Assembly: GCA_965261605.1 (NCBI GenBank)
Contig: OZ253466.1
Coordinates: 1,440,819 to 1,504,818 of the forward strand
Length of the DNA stretch: 64,000 nt
Direction of reading: 5' to 3'
Source of the DNA: Dehalococcoidia bacterium
GTDB lineage: Bacteria > Chloroflexota > Dehalococcoidia > Lucifugimonadales > UBA2985
Shown piece by piece: positions 19,396 through 28,854 of this stretch (position 1 is the first letter of the stretch; every line of letters begins with the position of its first letter). The notes beneath the pieces are model-generated. The model was given only the letters and a program-made list of their open reading frames with translations, was not told the DNA's origin and searched no databases. The translations under genes and the position numbers were made by a program.

Positions 19396-19419
19396 GCCTG
19401 CCCCGTACTTGATACGGGG
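19396..19419. repeat. Family B hairpin repeat
   Basis: gcctgccccgtacttgatacgggg, identical to 58824-58847. Confidence 0.85.
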
Positions 19420-19461
19420 ATGGGGAGATGAAGAGATACCTAAAAGCCTCCCTGTACGGAT

Positions 19462-20379
19462 ATGGTATCATGCGCAGGTGATAATGAGGGCTGGATGCTG
19501 ATACCAGGGCTGCTGGTTGGGGCAGCCGCGGGCGCGTACATGGGGCTGTCCGGCTACATGGCCGGCCAGATGTCGCGGGCGCCCAGGACCTATCCGGAGA
19601 CCACACCGGACTGCCTGGGTCTGCACTACGAAGACGCGGTCTTCACAAACAGAGGCGGGTCGCTTGAGCTGAGGGGATGGCTGGTATGGGAGGGCGCTCC
19701 CGATTCCTGGGTAATACTGGTCCACGGCAGCGGAGGCAACCGCGCCCACAACGCGGTCAATATGCTCGGCCTGACCAGGGACCTAGTAAGGAGGGGAATC
19801 GGCGTCCTGACCTTCGATCTGAGGGCGCACGGCCACTCCCAGGGCAGCAGGATTTCGGTGGGCTACGAGGAGCGCACCGACCTGCAGGGCGCCATAGACT
19901 TCCTGGAGTCTGTGGGCATATCCAGGGACCGCATAGGGGCGTTGGGGTTCTCTCTGGGCGCCGTTATCACCCTGATGACCGCCTCCGAAGAGAGGGACCT
20001 CGCCGGGCTGGTGCTCGACAGCCCGTTCGCCAGTCTGAAGGAGATGGTGCAGCAGGAAACGTCCAGGCGCAACGGTATGTCCCGGGTCTTCCTCCCGGGG
20101 ATGGTGTTGATGGGCCGCCTCCTGTACGGCATCGACCTCTCGTCGGTGCGACCGCTGGAGGCCGTGAGGAGCGTGGAGTGTCCGCTGCTATTCATTCACG
20201 GCGCGGAGGACGCGATGGTGAATCCCTCCCACTCCGCCAGGCTGTTCGACGCGGCGGAGGGCAACAAGGATCTCTGGCTAGTGCCGGACGCGCGACACGC
20301 CCAAGGCTATAACACACGTCCTCTGGAATACGTCGACCGGGTCGCGGACTTCTTCGGCAGAGCTAGGCAGCGGCCGTAG
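19462..20379 (+). CDS. Alpha/beta hydrolase with N-terminal TM helix
   Basis: HGSGGN, nucleophile elbow GFSLGA, and C-terminal HGAEDAMV...H. The true start may be ATG 19495. Confidence 0.75.
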   Translation: MVSCAGDNEGWMLIPGLLVGAAAGAYMGLSGYMAGQMSRAPRTYPETTPDCLGLHYEDAVFTNRGGSLELRGWLVWEGAPDSWVILVHGSGGNRAHNAVNMLGLTRDLVRRGIGVLTFDLRAHGHSQGSRISVGYEERTDLQGAIDFLESVGISRDRIGALGFSLGAVITLMTASEERDLAGLVLDSPFASLKEMVQQETSRRNGMSRVFLPGMVLMGRLLYGIDLSSVRPLEAVRSVECPLLFIHGAEDAMVNPSHSARLFDAAEGNKDLWLVPDARHAQGYNTRPLEYVDRVADFFGRARQRP

Positions 20380-20734
20380 CCGGTATGCCTTCCTTAGCCG
20401 CGGAGGCCAGCTGTGCGAAGGTCTCCGAATCCCTGACCGCTATGTCCGCCAGGATCTTGCGGTCCACCTCCACGCCGGACTGGTGAAGTCCATAGATGAA
20501 CTGGCTGTAGGAGAGGCCGTTTTCACGGGCGGCGGCGTTGATGCGCGTTATCCAGAGACGTCGAAAGTCTCCCTTGCGCTCCTTGCGATGCCTATAGGCA
20601 TGGCTCAGGGCCTTGATGAGGGACTCATTGGCCTGCTTGTAGAGCTTATGCCTGCCGCCGCGATGACCCTTGGTCATCTGGAGCAGCCTCTTGTGTCGGT
20701 GCCTTGTGGTTACGCCTCGTTTGATTCTGGCCAC
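20363..20734 (-). CDS. rplT: 50S ribosomal protein L20
   Basis: MARIKRGVTTRHRHKRLLQMTKGHRG...FRRLWITRINAAAR. Confidence 0.95.
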   Translation of the reverse strand: MARIKRGVTTRHRHKRLLQMTKGHRGGRHKLYKQANESLIKALSHAYRHRKERKGDFRRLWITRINAAARENGLSYSQFIYGLHQSGVEVDRKILADIAVRDSETFAQLASAAKEGIPATAAA

Positions 20735-20752
20735 TTATATTACTCCGAGTGG

Positions 20753-20950
20753 TTACATATATGGCAAGGCTCGCCTGATGCCTGGCCTGTCGGCGGGGCT
20801 TGTGTCGAGCTTGCGATGGTACAGCCGATGCACACTGGCCGGTTTCTTGCGACGCAGGTGGCTTCTGTGGCCCTTCATGCGCAGTATCCTGCCAGTGCCT
20901 GTGATGTGAAACCGGGCTTTGGCGCCCTTGTGGGTCTTCAGCTTAGGCAT
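20753..20950 (-). CDS. rpmI: 50S ribosomal protein L35
   Basis: MPKLKTHKGAKARFHITGTGRILRMKGHRSHLRRKK. Start at ATG 20950, inside the longer ORF-track frame. Confidence 0.9.
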   Translation of the reverse strand: MPKLKTHKGAKARFHITGTGRILRMKGHRSHLRRKKPASVHRLYHRKLDTSPADRPGIRRALPYM

Positions 20951-21497
20951 TCGCCACCTCTTCGGGATCCTTCTCCACCTTGGCGCGCTGGCCCGTGGGC
21001 GCAATGATTATGCTCAACCTGCGTCCCTCCAGGGATGGGGTCTTCTCCGGCTTGGCCTCGTCCTTAAATGCCTCTGCAATCCCCCGGAGGAGTTCCACGC
21101 CTATATCCTGGTGGGTTATCTCTCGTCCTCTGAACATCACCGTCAACTTGACCTTGGCTCCTTCATCCAGCAGCTTCTTCACCTGGCGCTTCTTGGCCTC
21201 TATATCGTGGTCGCCGATACGAGGGCGGAACCTGACCTCTCGCAAGAGACTGGTTTTTTGGCCCTTGCGGGCCTCCCGTTCCTTCTTGGTCTGTAGGTAG
21301 CGGAACTTTCCGTAGTCCAGCAACCTGCATACCGGGGGCTTCGCGGCGGGGGCAACCTCCACCAGATCCACTCCCTTTTCCTGGGCAAGCTGAATCGCCT
21401 CGGAGGTTGGCATTGTACCAAGCTGCTCGCCCTGGTCGTCTACGACCAGCACCTCCCGAGAATGTATTTGCTGGTTAATGCGGTAATCTCTAGGTAT
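20943..21497 (-). CDS. infC: Translation initiation factor IF-3, probable non-canonical start
   Basis: The conserved RINQQIHSREV precedes the first canonical start (GTG 21452). In-frame ATA at 21497 sits 6 nt after GGGAG; ATT at 21479 is the alternative. Confidence 0.85.
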   Translation of the reverse strand: MPRDYRINQQIHSREVLVVDDQGEQLGTMPTSEAIQLAQEKGVDLVEVAPAAKPPVCRLLDYGKFRYLQTKKEREARKGQKTSLLREVRFRPRIGDHDIEAKKRQVKKLLDEGAKVKLTVMFRGREITHQDIGVELLRGIAEAFKDEAKPEKTPSLEGRRLSIIIAPTGQRAKVEKDPEEVANA

Positions 21498-21703
21498 GCG
21501 CTTCTCCCTGTAAAGGCTACTTAGCCGCCAGATTTAGGAGGCTAATATAGCACAGCCGCGACGGGTAGTCAATTGCGCGATGGCTCTCGTTGGCCCAAGT
21601 TGCCCCAAAAGTGGAAAGACGAACTCCGCGAGGTATCTGAACCTAATCATAGTGCCGATGGGTCGTTCTTGATACCTCTCTGCGTTCAGAAAGACCCAGG
21701 GAT

Positions 21704-21731
21704 GTAGGGGCGGTTCGCGAACCGCCCCTAC
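21704..21731. repeat. Perfect 28-nt palindrome (family D)
   Basis: gtaggggcggttcg|cgaaccgcccctac, between the divergent infC and the pterin dehydratase gene. Confidence 0.85.
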
Positions 21732-21825
21732 GGAAGACGCTGTCGTACGCGCCCAATAGCGCCTAACCCCCTTGAAAGCCCGGGGCCGCAATAGTAAGCT
21801 GTCATCAGGAAGGGAGGTGAAGAAT

Positions 21826-22164
21826 ATGATGGAGTTGGTACAGGAAAAATGCGTGGCGTGTCGCAGAGATTCGCCTCTGGTAACTGATCAAGAGGTGGCC
21901 GAATTGCATCCCAAGGTGGCTGATTGGGAGATGATGGACGAGGAGTCCATTCCGAGGTTGAAGCGCACATTCAGCTTCTCCAACTTCGCCGATGCCCTGG
22001 CCTTCAGCAACAGCGTGGGCGAGGCTGCCGAGGAGGAGGGACACCATCCGCGCATCGTCACGGAGTGGGGCAGGGTAACGGTCACCTGGTGGACCCACAA
22101 GATACGGGGGCTTCACCGCAATGACTTCGTTATGGCCGCCAAGACGGACCAGCTTTACGGCTAG
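21826..22164 (+). CDS. Pterin-4-alpha-carbinolamine dehydratase
   Basis: ...FADALAFSNSVGEAAEEEGHHPRI...V.WWTH. ATG 21826 is preceded by GGGAGGTG. Confidence 0.85.
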   Translation: MMELVQEKCVACRRDSPLVTDQEVAELHPKVADWEMMDEESIPRLKRTFSFSNFADALAFSNSVGEAAEEEGHHPRIVTEWGRVTVTWWTHKIRGLHRNDFVMAAKTDQLYG

Positions 22165-22859
22165 GTCTCCACAAGCTCCCTGACCCTCGCAAAGACGCCC
22201 TCGAACATCTCGCGGGTGAGCCTGCCGGTGTTGGTGTTCTGCTGGCTGGGGTGGTAGGACGACGCGAGGATTACGCCGCCCGGCAGTCGGTGTTCCGCGC
22301 CGTGTGAGAAGCGGGGCGCGGGTCTCGGCGTCTCGTAGCGTAATTCCCGTCGTGCCGACAGATAGCTGTCGAAGGCGATCTTCCCCAGCGCTACCACGAC
22401 CTTGACCTCCGTCAACAGCGACAACTCCTGCAAAAGGTAGGGGCGGCAGGCGGTCTTCTCTTCCGTGGACGGCTTGTTGGCCGGCGGGGCGCATCGCACT
22501 GCCGCCGTGACGTAGGCGTCCTTTAGCATGAGGCCGTCGTCGCGTCTCTGGGACGATGGTGAGGTGGCGAAACCGAACTTGTGGAGGGTCTCGAAGAGCC
22601 AGTTTCCGCTGCTGTCGCCGGTGAACATACGGCCCGTGCGGTTCCCGCCGTGGGCCGCCGGAGCCAGGCCGATAATCAACACCCGCGCTTCCGGGTCCCC
22701 GAAGGAGGGCAGGGGTCGGCCCCAATACTCCTGGTCACGGTATCTGGCGTGCTTCTCCAGGGCCATCCGCTCCCTGTGCTCCACCAGCCTCGGACACAGC
22801 CGGCAGTCTATAACCGACTGGTTCAGTGTCTCAAGGGCCTGCTGGATGCTCTGCGTCAT
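22161..22859 (-). CDS. Uracil-DNA glycosylase (family 4/5 type)
   Basis: LIIGLAPAAHGGNRTGRMFTGD and a C-terminal SYHPSQQN motif. Confidence 0.8.
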   Translation of the reverse strand: MTQSIQQALETLNQSVIDCRLCPRLVEHRERMALEKHARYRDQEYWGRPLPSFGDPEARVLIIGLAPAAHGGNRTGRMFTGDSSGNWLFETLHKFGFATSPSSQRRDDGLMLKDAYVTAAVRCAPPANKPSTEEKTACRPYLLQELSLLTEVKVVVALGKIAFDSYLSARRELRYETPRPAPRFSHGAEHRLPGGVILASSYHPSQQNTNTGRLTREMFEGVFARVRELVET

Positions 22860-22887
22860 GGGCGCGCCATAAGGGAGCCAGCCGCCC

Positions 22888-23664
22888 TTAAATCAATGAG
22901 CGGGACTGCCCACCGTCGACGGTGACGGACGTGCCGGTGACCAGGTCCGCCCGCTCCGAGCACAGGAAGGCCACCATCTCTCCCACCGGCTCCGGCCAGC
23001 CGAACTTCCCCATGGGTAGCTGCCGCTCGATGAACTGTTCCACTGCCTCCGGGCTGTTGGAGTTCACGAAACGGTCCCAGCTTCCTCCCGGAAACTGTAT
23101 CGACCCCGGCGCGACGGTGTTCACCAGCACGTTATAGGGGGCCAGGGACAGGGCGATGTGCTTGGAGAAGGCAATTACCGCCGCCTTGGTTGTCATGTAG
23201 CTGAGCCCTCCGCCGTACTCCCTGCCCCAGATGGAGGCGATGTTCACTATGCGACCCCATCGCCGCTCCTTCATACTGGGCGTCGCAAGCCGGGTGAGCC
23301 GCACGGTGGACAGGAGGTTCAGGTCAAGGGTGTCGTACCAGTCCTGGTCGGTGGTGGTGTCGAAGTCGCGGCCGCCGCGTGTGCCGCCGACGTTGTTCAC
23401 CAGGATGTCCACCTGCCCGAAAGCCGCTACCGACTCCTCGAAGAACTTCACGGCGCCCTCGGCTGTGGCCACGTCCGCCTGAGTGCCCCGGACGTCGTAT
23501 CCCAACCCCTTCATCTCCGCCAGGGCCTGGTCCAGGTCCTCGGCGCCGCGGCCGCATATTGATACGCGGCATCCCTCTCTGCCCAGCGTCAGAGCCGCCT
23601 GTCGGCCCAGTCCTCGGCTGCCGCCGGTGACCAGCGCCACGCGGCCCTCGATGCCCAGGTCCAT
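22888..23664 (-). CDS. SDR family oxidoreductase
   Basis: TGGSRGLG cofactor motif, NNVG, and the YMTTK catalytic YxxxK. Confidence 0.85.
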   Translation of the reverse strand: MDLGIEGRVALVTGGSRGLGRQAALTLGREGCRVSICGRGAEDLDQALAEMKGLGYDVRGTQADVATAEGAVKFFEESVAAFGQVDILVNNVGGTRGGRDFDTTTDQDWYDTLDLNLLSTVRLTRLATPSMKERRWGRIVNIASIWGREYGGGLSYMTTKAAVIAFSKHIALSLAPYNVLVNTVAPGSIQFPGGSWDRFVNSNSPEAVEQFIERQLPMGKFGWPEPVGEMVAFLCSERADLVTGTSVTVDGGQSRSLI

Positions 23665-23738
23665 TCTTGCCTCCTTGTGGTAACGGGGCGCTCGTGTCTC
23701 AGGCGCGCGCCTTCGGAAGTGTAATCGTTCTAGGCGGC

Positions 23739-24722
23739 CTACTCCTGAGGCCGGATGAGCAGGACTGGGCTGTAGGACGCCCTGAGAACGCGGTCGGCCA
23801 CGCTCCCCATAATCCAGCGTCCCAGGCCGGACCGGCCGTGGGTCGACATCACTATCAGGCGTCCTTCGCTCTCCGCGGCAAGGTCGATTATGTGGGCCGC
23901 GGGATAGCCGTTCTTCACCGTGGTCTCGACCTGAAATCCCTTCTGCTCAAGCTCTGTCTTCTTCTCCTTCAGGTAGCCGGCGGCCGCACTCTCCAGGTTG
24001 GCGGCCATCTGGGGGTCAAAGGCGTAGGGCTCCGTTGCCGGGTATGCCAAAGTGGGCGTGGTGATCACCTGTACCAGGGATATTTGGAGGCCCATCGCTT
24101 CCGCCAGCGCCTCCACGTGGGGCATCGACGACTCCGCCAGGGCTGAGCCGTCCAGGGGCACCAGCAGGGTGTCGATTGGCTTCCTCTCCAGGGGTTCGTC
24201 CCTGTCCTCGCCGGGTCTCAGCAAGAGCAGTGGAATGGACGTGGAGTGGAGCAGCTTGTCGGCGTTGCTGCCGTACACCCACCTGCCCAACCCGGAGTGG
24301 CCGCGGGTGGACATGGCTATGAGGTCGATGTCCTCAGCCTGGGACACGGTCATTATCTCCGTTACGGGGTCGTCCCCGTGGACTGCCCTTGCGGTTATCT
24401 TGAGCGAAGGGAACGCCGCGGCGACCTGGGCCAGGTACTGCTCCGAAGTAGTCATGGCGCGCTCCATCGCCTGTGCCCTCGTCTCCGCGACCGCGTCCGA
24501 CTGCTGCTGCGCACGTCGAAGGTAGGACGTTCCTGCCATACCGAACTCCCCCGTGGTCTCGTCAACCGTAGCCAGGGCCTCCAGCCATGTCCCGCCAATA
24601 CGGGGCTCCTCCACAACGCTGAGCAGGATCACCTCTGAGTCCGTAGCCTCCACAAGCTGCGCCACACGACCCATAATCGTTTCCGAGAGCTTGGAGCCGT
24701 CCAGGGGAACGAGGATCTTCAT
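23739..24722 (-). CDS. Tandem universal stress protein (UspA) domains
   Basis: Two repeats, each ending in ...STHGRSGLGRWIMGSVA / STRGHSGLGRWVYGSNA. Confidence 0.85.
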   Translation of the reverse strand: MKILVPLDGSKLSETIMGRVAQLVEATDSEVILLSVVEEPRIGGTWLEALATVDETTGEFGMAGTSYLRRAQQQSDAVAETRAQAMERAMTTSEQYLAQVAAAFPSLKITARAVHGDDPVTEIMTVSQAEDIDLIAMSTRGHSGLGRWVYGSNADKLLHSTSIPLLLLRPGEDRDEPLERKPIDTLLVPLDGSALAESSMPHVEALAEAMGLQISLVQVITTPTLAYPATEPYAFDPQMAANLESAAAGYLKEKKTELEQKGFQVETTVKNGYPAAHIIDLAAESEGRLIVMSTHGRSGLGRWIMGSVADRVLRASYSPVLLIRPQE

Positions 24723-24843
24723 ACGTACCTCCTGTGCTGTTTAGTCACGGGCTTCATTGCTATTATACCCTATTGCCCAGCCCCGCACTTACATTCTGGC
24801 TGTGCTAAAATACGGGTACTTGGACTCTGATAGGACTCTAGCC

Positions 24844-26187
24844 ATGCACATAGCGAAGATAGATATAGTCTCGTTGCCGCCCCTAGAAAGCGTTGCATTA
24901 GATTTTGATGAACGGGTCAACCTATTCGTTGGCCCGAACGCGTCCGGCAAGAGCACAGTGCTGCGAGCAATCAAGATGCTGCACTCCTTTGCAACTGGGG
25001 AAGCGTCCCCTCCCATCTGGTACGGCGATGCGGGAAGGATTACTAACGTTGCTGAGGACGATGAGAGCTATGGCGATCTCCATCTCAGTTATGCCAGCAT
25101 AAATCCTGACAAATCTCTAATTGCTATGATAGCGAGCGATGATTGGCCGCGAGATTCTACAGGTGCCAAATGGAATGCACTGCCATTCACTTATGTACCT
25201 GCGACGCGGATCAATCTGCCTGCAATGGACATTTTGGGTCAAATGACAGAAGAACGGCCGGATGCCTACTTCGGCACTCCACCTACACAGCTGATTGGCA
25301 TATACTCCAATGTCTTCAGTGCCAGCCAACTAGAAATGTTGATAAACTGGCTTCGGGATAAGGGAGACAGGCGACTCAGAAGAAGTTTGCAAATGGCTCT
25401 GCACCTTGGTTACTCCTGTACTAAGAGCATTTGTCCCGAGGTGATAACAGATCATGCTCCGTATCCATTTGTAGAGGAAATAGTCGAAGGAGCCTTCATT
25501 AGGGAAGGGACCGTTCGTCACGACATGGGGATTGGCACTAGCGACTCGTCTGTGTCTGGCCCGCTGTACGCGGGTGCACTGAGCTCGGGGACCCAGGGAA
25601 CTTTGCTATGGGTCTGGGCCATGGCCATCAAGATGGCCTATCATTATGGCTGGGAGCAGGGCTGGGAGAAGAAGCCCGCTATCCTGCTGATTGACGAGAT
25701 AGAGAATCACCTGCATCCCACCTGGCAACGGCGGGTCATACCGGCGCTGCTGGAGCACTTCCCGGGGTTGCAGATATTCGCCACAACTCACTCCCCCTTC
25801 GTGGTGGCCGGGCTGAAGGCCGGCCAAGTGCATCTGCTGGATCGCGATGAGAACGGCATTGTTACAGCTTCAACAAACACAGAGGACGTCGTGGGCTGGA
25901 CGGCCGACGAGATACTGCGAAACATGATGGGGGTTGACGACCCCACGGACAAAGATACTGCGGAGGCGGCCCGGGAGCTGCGGCATCTGCGTAGCGAGGG
26001 GCCAAGAAGCTCGCCCGAGGAAGAGCAGGCCCGCCAAGAGCGTATGCAGGAGCTGAGGCAGCGCGTGGATCGTGATCTGTTGGCCGGCGGCCCATGGAAA
26101 AAGCAAAGGGAAGTGTTCGAGGAGCAGTTCGCTGAGGCGCTTCAGAAATACAGGGAGTCCAAGGACATGAACCAGGAGAACGGCTGA
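24844..26187 (+). CDS. ABC/AAA-type ATPase, Septu PtuA-like
   Basis: Walker A GPNASGKST, signature-like LSSGTQGTL, Walker B ILLIDEIENHLHP, TTHSP, and a coiled-coil C-terminus. Start moved to ATG 24844. Confidence 0.6.
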   Translation: MHIAKIDIVSLPPLESVALDFDERVNLFVGPNASGKSTVLRAIKMLHSFATGEASPPIWYGDAGRITNVAEDDESYGDLHLSYASINPDKSLIAMIASDDWPRDSTGAKWNALPFTYVPATRINLPAMDILGQMTEERPDAYFGTPPTQLIGIYSNVFSASQLEMLINWLRDKGDRRLRRSLQMALHLGYSCTKSICPEVITDHAPYPFVEEIVEGAFIREGTVRHDMGIGTSDSSVSGPLYAGALSSGTQGTLLWVWAMAIKMAYHYGWEQGWEKKPAILLIDEIENHLHPTWQRRVIPALLEHFPGLQIFATTHSPFVVAGLKAGQVHLLDRDENGIVTASTNTEDVVGWTADEILRNMMGVDDPTDKDTAEAARELRHLRSEGPRSSPEEEQARQERMQELRQRVDRDLLAGGPWKKQREVFEEQFAEALQKYRESKDMNQENG

Positions 26188-26189
26188 CC

Positions 26190-26942
26190 TTGCACTCAGT
26201 GCCGCGCTCGCCGGAGCCGGAGTTCCTTGCTGAGCTACGCTCTGCATACACCAACTGGGACGACCTTGGCGGAGGAGACCGACGACGCATACGCGATGCC
26301 CTGGCACGTGAATTCGGGCTGGTCTGCGCTTACTGCGAGCAGTTCTGTCAACCGACCCAGTCACGGGCGCAGACAGGGGGTGAAGAATCACCGCCCCCGC
26401 CTGACGAGGAATCCATCGACCACCTTCGGCCCCGCAGCCTGTTTCCCAACTTGTGGCTGGATTGGCCCAACTTGATTTATGCCTGCTACCGTTGCAACCA
26501 GAGTAAGGGCAACGCATGGCCCTTTGCAGACGACGTGAAAAACCGGCTTCTTGCTGCTGCATATCGCCCCCGGTACACCCCGATTTCGGAATACGTGAAC
26601 CCGAACGAGGAGCAGGGTCTACGTGTGGCAAATGAATTCTTTGACTTCGACTTTGACACTGGTGAGATTGAACCGGCCGATCAACTTGATAATGTGGAAT
26701 GGTCAATGGCCCGCAGAACCATAGATGATATTGATTTGAACGACGAGCTAAGTGGGGTAGAAGCATACGACCCGGACCATCTGTTCAATCAGCGTCGGTA
26801 CAGTCTATATCTCTTCATAGAGCAGATCACCTCAGACCCTGGCTTGGGTTATCAGATTATGTGGGACGCCACGTTACCGGACAAACCCTTCTCATCGTTC
26901 ATCTCAGCGTACCTTAAACAAAGCTTTCCGGGATTCGCCTAA
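26190..26942 (+). CDS. HNH endonuclease, Septu PtuB-like
   Basis: CAYCE...DHLRPRS...NLIYACYRCNQSKGN (HNH). TTG start 2 nt after the ATPase stop. Confidence 0.6.
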   Translation: MHSVPRSPEPEFLAELRSAYTNWDDLGGGDRRRIRDALAREFGLVCAYCEQFCQPTQSRAQTGGEESPPPPDEESIDHLRPRSLFPNLWLDWPNLIYACYRCNQSKGNAWPFADDVKNRLLAAAYRPRYTPISEYVNPNEEQGLRVANEFFDFDFDTGEIEPADQLDNVEWSMARRTIDDIDLNDELSGVEAYDPDHLFNQRRYSLYLFIEQITSDPGLGYQIMWDATLPDKPFSSFISAYLKQSFPGFA

Positions 26943-27117
26943 GGGTTCCCCGCGGGTGTGGTTCCCCCACTAACCAGTTATGCCCGTGAAGGCTGGAATT
27001 CAGGAGCGAGGTCCCCTTGCCTTTTGTGCCTAAGAGTTGCCACCCAGCTACTCTGGAGACTACACTATCATGCAAGGTACTTGGTCTCCGTCAGTTCAAC
27101 AAACATAAGGAGGCATC

Positions 27118-28806
27118 ATGCAATCTTATACACGCAACGACAATATGAAACACAAGAGCCAGGCGATAACCGCAGGCCCTACGCGGGCCGGGTCTCGCTC
27201 CATGCTCCGGGCAACCGGCCTGGACGACACCGCGCTGTCCAACCCCTTCATTGGCGTGGCGAACCTGGCCAGTGACGTCACCCCCTGCAACGTTCACCTG
27301 GGGCCGCTGACCGCGCGGGTGAAGGAGGGCATACGCTCCGCCAACGGAACGCCCTTCGAGTTCGGAACCATCACCGTCAGCGACGGCGTGTCCATGGCTA
27401 CGGAAGGCATGAAGGCCTCCCTGGTCAGCCGCGAGGTCATCGCCGACTCCATTGAGATTGTCTCCATGGCCGAGTGGTTCGACGGCCTGGTGACCGTCGG
27501 CGCCTGCGACAAGAACATGCCCGGGTGCCTGATGGCCATGGCGCGTCTGAACATACCGTCGGTCTTCGTCTACGGCGGCACCATCATGCCGGGCATCTTC
27601 CAGGGCAAGGACGTGAACATTCAGGACGTATACGAGGCCATCGGCGCGCACGCCCTCGGCAACGTATCGGACGCCGATCTGGACGAGCTTGAGCGCGTGG
27701 CGTGTCCCGGCGCGGGAGCCTGCGCCGGCCTCTTCACCGCCAACACCATGTCCTCGGCCATCGAGGCCCTGGGCATGTGCCTCCCCGGCGACGCCTCCAT
27801 TCCGGCGATAGACCCGCGGAAGATGGAGGAGTGCAGGCAGGCGGGAGAGGCTGCGGTCAAGCTGCTGGAGCTTGGCATCACGCCTCGGGACATACTCACT
27901 CGCAAGGCCTTCGAGAACGCGATTACAGTCGTGGTGGCGATGGGCGGCTCCACCAACTCGGTGCTTCACCTGCTGGCTATAAGCTACGAGGCCGGCGTAT
28001 CCCTGTCCATAGACGACTTCGATTACATCAGTCGCAACACCCCTTACATCGCCAGCCTGCGTCCCGGTGGGGCGTACGTGATGACCGACCTCCACGCCGC
28101 CGGTGGCGTGCCCCAGGTGATGAAGCGCCTCCTGGGCGCAGGCCTGCTCCACGGCGATGTCCTCACCGTTACGGGGAAGACCGTCCGTGAGAACCTGGAA
28201 GGCGTGGTTGAGGAGACCGACCAGAAAGTCGTGTTCCCGGTGTCGGCGCCCCTAAGTCCGACGGGCGGACTGGCCGTCCTCAAGGGCAATATCGCTCCCG
28301 AGGGAGCGGTCATCAAGGTGGCCGGCAAGGAGAAGCTGTACCATCAGGGTCCCGCCAGGGTGTTCGACAGGGAACAGGACGCCTATCGAGAGGTGCTTGG
28401 AGGCGGTATCAAGCAGGGCGACGTAATTGTGATCCGCTACGAGGGGCCGAAGGGAGGCCCCGGTATGCAGGAGATGCTTGCGGTGACGGCGGCGATAGTA
28501 GGGCAGGGGCTGGGCGAGCATGTTGCGCTGCTCACCGATGGCCGGTTCTCCGGCGCAACCCACGGCCTGATGGTGGGACACGTGGCCCCGGAGGCGGCCT
28601 CTAACGGGCCCATCGCTGCGCTGCAGGACGGGGACACCGTGACCGTGGACGTGCCCAACCGCGTCCTGGAGGTGGCCCTCTCCGACAGCGAGATTCAGGA
28701 GCGGCTGGCGGTGGCGACGCCTCCTGAAACCCTGCACACTAGAGGCACACTGTGGAAGTACGCGAAGCTGGTGGGATCTGCGTCCGAGGGAGCGGTTACG
28801 GGGTAA
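27118..28806 (+). CDS. ilvD: Dihydroxy-acid dehydratase
   Basis: [20 protein letters not shown] and the conserved C-terminus [18 protein letters not shown]. Confidence 0.95.
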   Translation: MQSYTRNDNMKHKSQAITAGPTRAGSRSMLRATGLDDTALSNPFIGVANLASDVTPCNVHLGPLTARVKEGIRSANGTPFEFGTITVSDGVSMATEGMKASLVSREVIADSIEIVSMAEWFDGLVTVGACDKNMPGCLMAMARLNIPSVFVYGGTIMPGIFQGKDVNIQDVYEAIGAHALGNVSDADLDELERVACPGAGACAGLFTANTMSSAIEALGMCLPGDASIPAIDPRKMEECRQAGEAAVKLLELGITPRDILTRKAFENAITVVVAMGGSTNSVLHLLAISYEAGVSLSIDDFDYISRNTPYIASLRPGGAYVMTDLHAAGGVPQVMKRLLGAGLLHGDVLTVTGKTVRENLEGVVEETDQKVVFPVSAPLSPTGGLAVLKGNIAPEGAVIKVAGKEKLYHQGPARVFDREQDAYREVLGGGIKQGDVIVIRYEGPKGGPGMQEMLAVTAAIVGQGLGEHVALLTDGRFSGATHGLMVGHVAPEAASNGPIAALQDGDTVTVDVPNRVLEVALSDSEIQERLAVATPPETLHTRGTLWKYAKLVGSASEGAVTG

Positions 28807-28854
28807 GGCGGACGCGACTGCCAAGCGCCCTCCGCTGGAAACAGGAGGCCAGGG

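Noticed and set aside
19223-19606. 127-aa minus-strand ORF upstream of the alpha/beta hydrolase
   Set aside because: Its translation (..SPSPYQVRGRLQPSPTSGGRGRVRR..) is the read-through of family B and other GC-rich palindromic repeats in a divergent intergenic region.
24723-24843. Possible retron-type ncRNA upstream of the Septu-like pair
   Set aside because: There is no reverse transcriptase gene anywhere in the window, and I could see no long inverted repeats flanking a structured region.
27091-28152. 353-aa minus-strand ORF inside ilvD (similar cases: 32925-34076 inside hdc, 14004-15053 inside ribBA, 21805-22725 across the pterin dehydratase and UDG genes, 40557-41741 in the RCC1 repeats, 51087-52247 and 52571-53854 in the methylase and helicase)
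   Set aside because: Each is antisense to a gene with strong family motifs, and none has a motif of its own.
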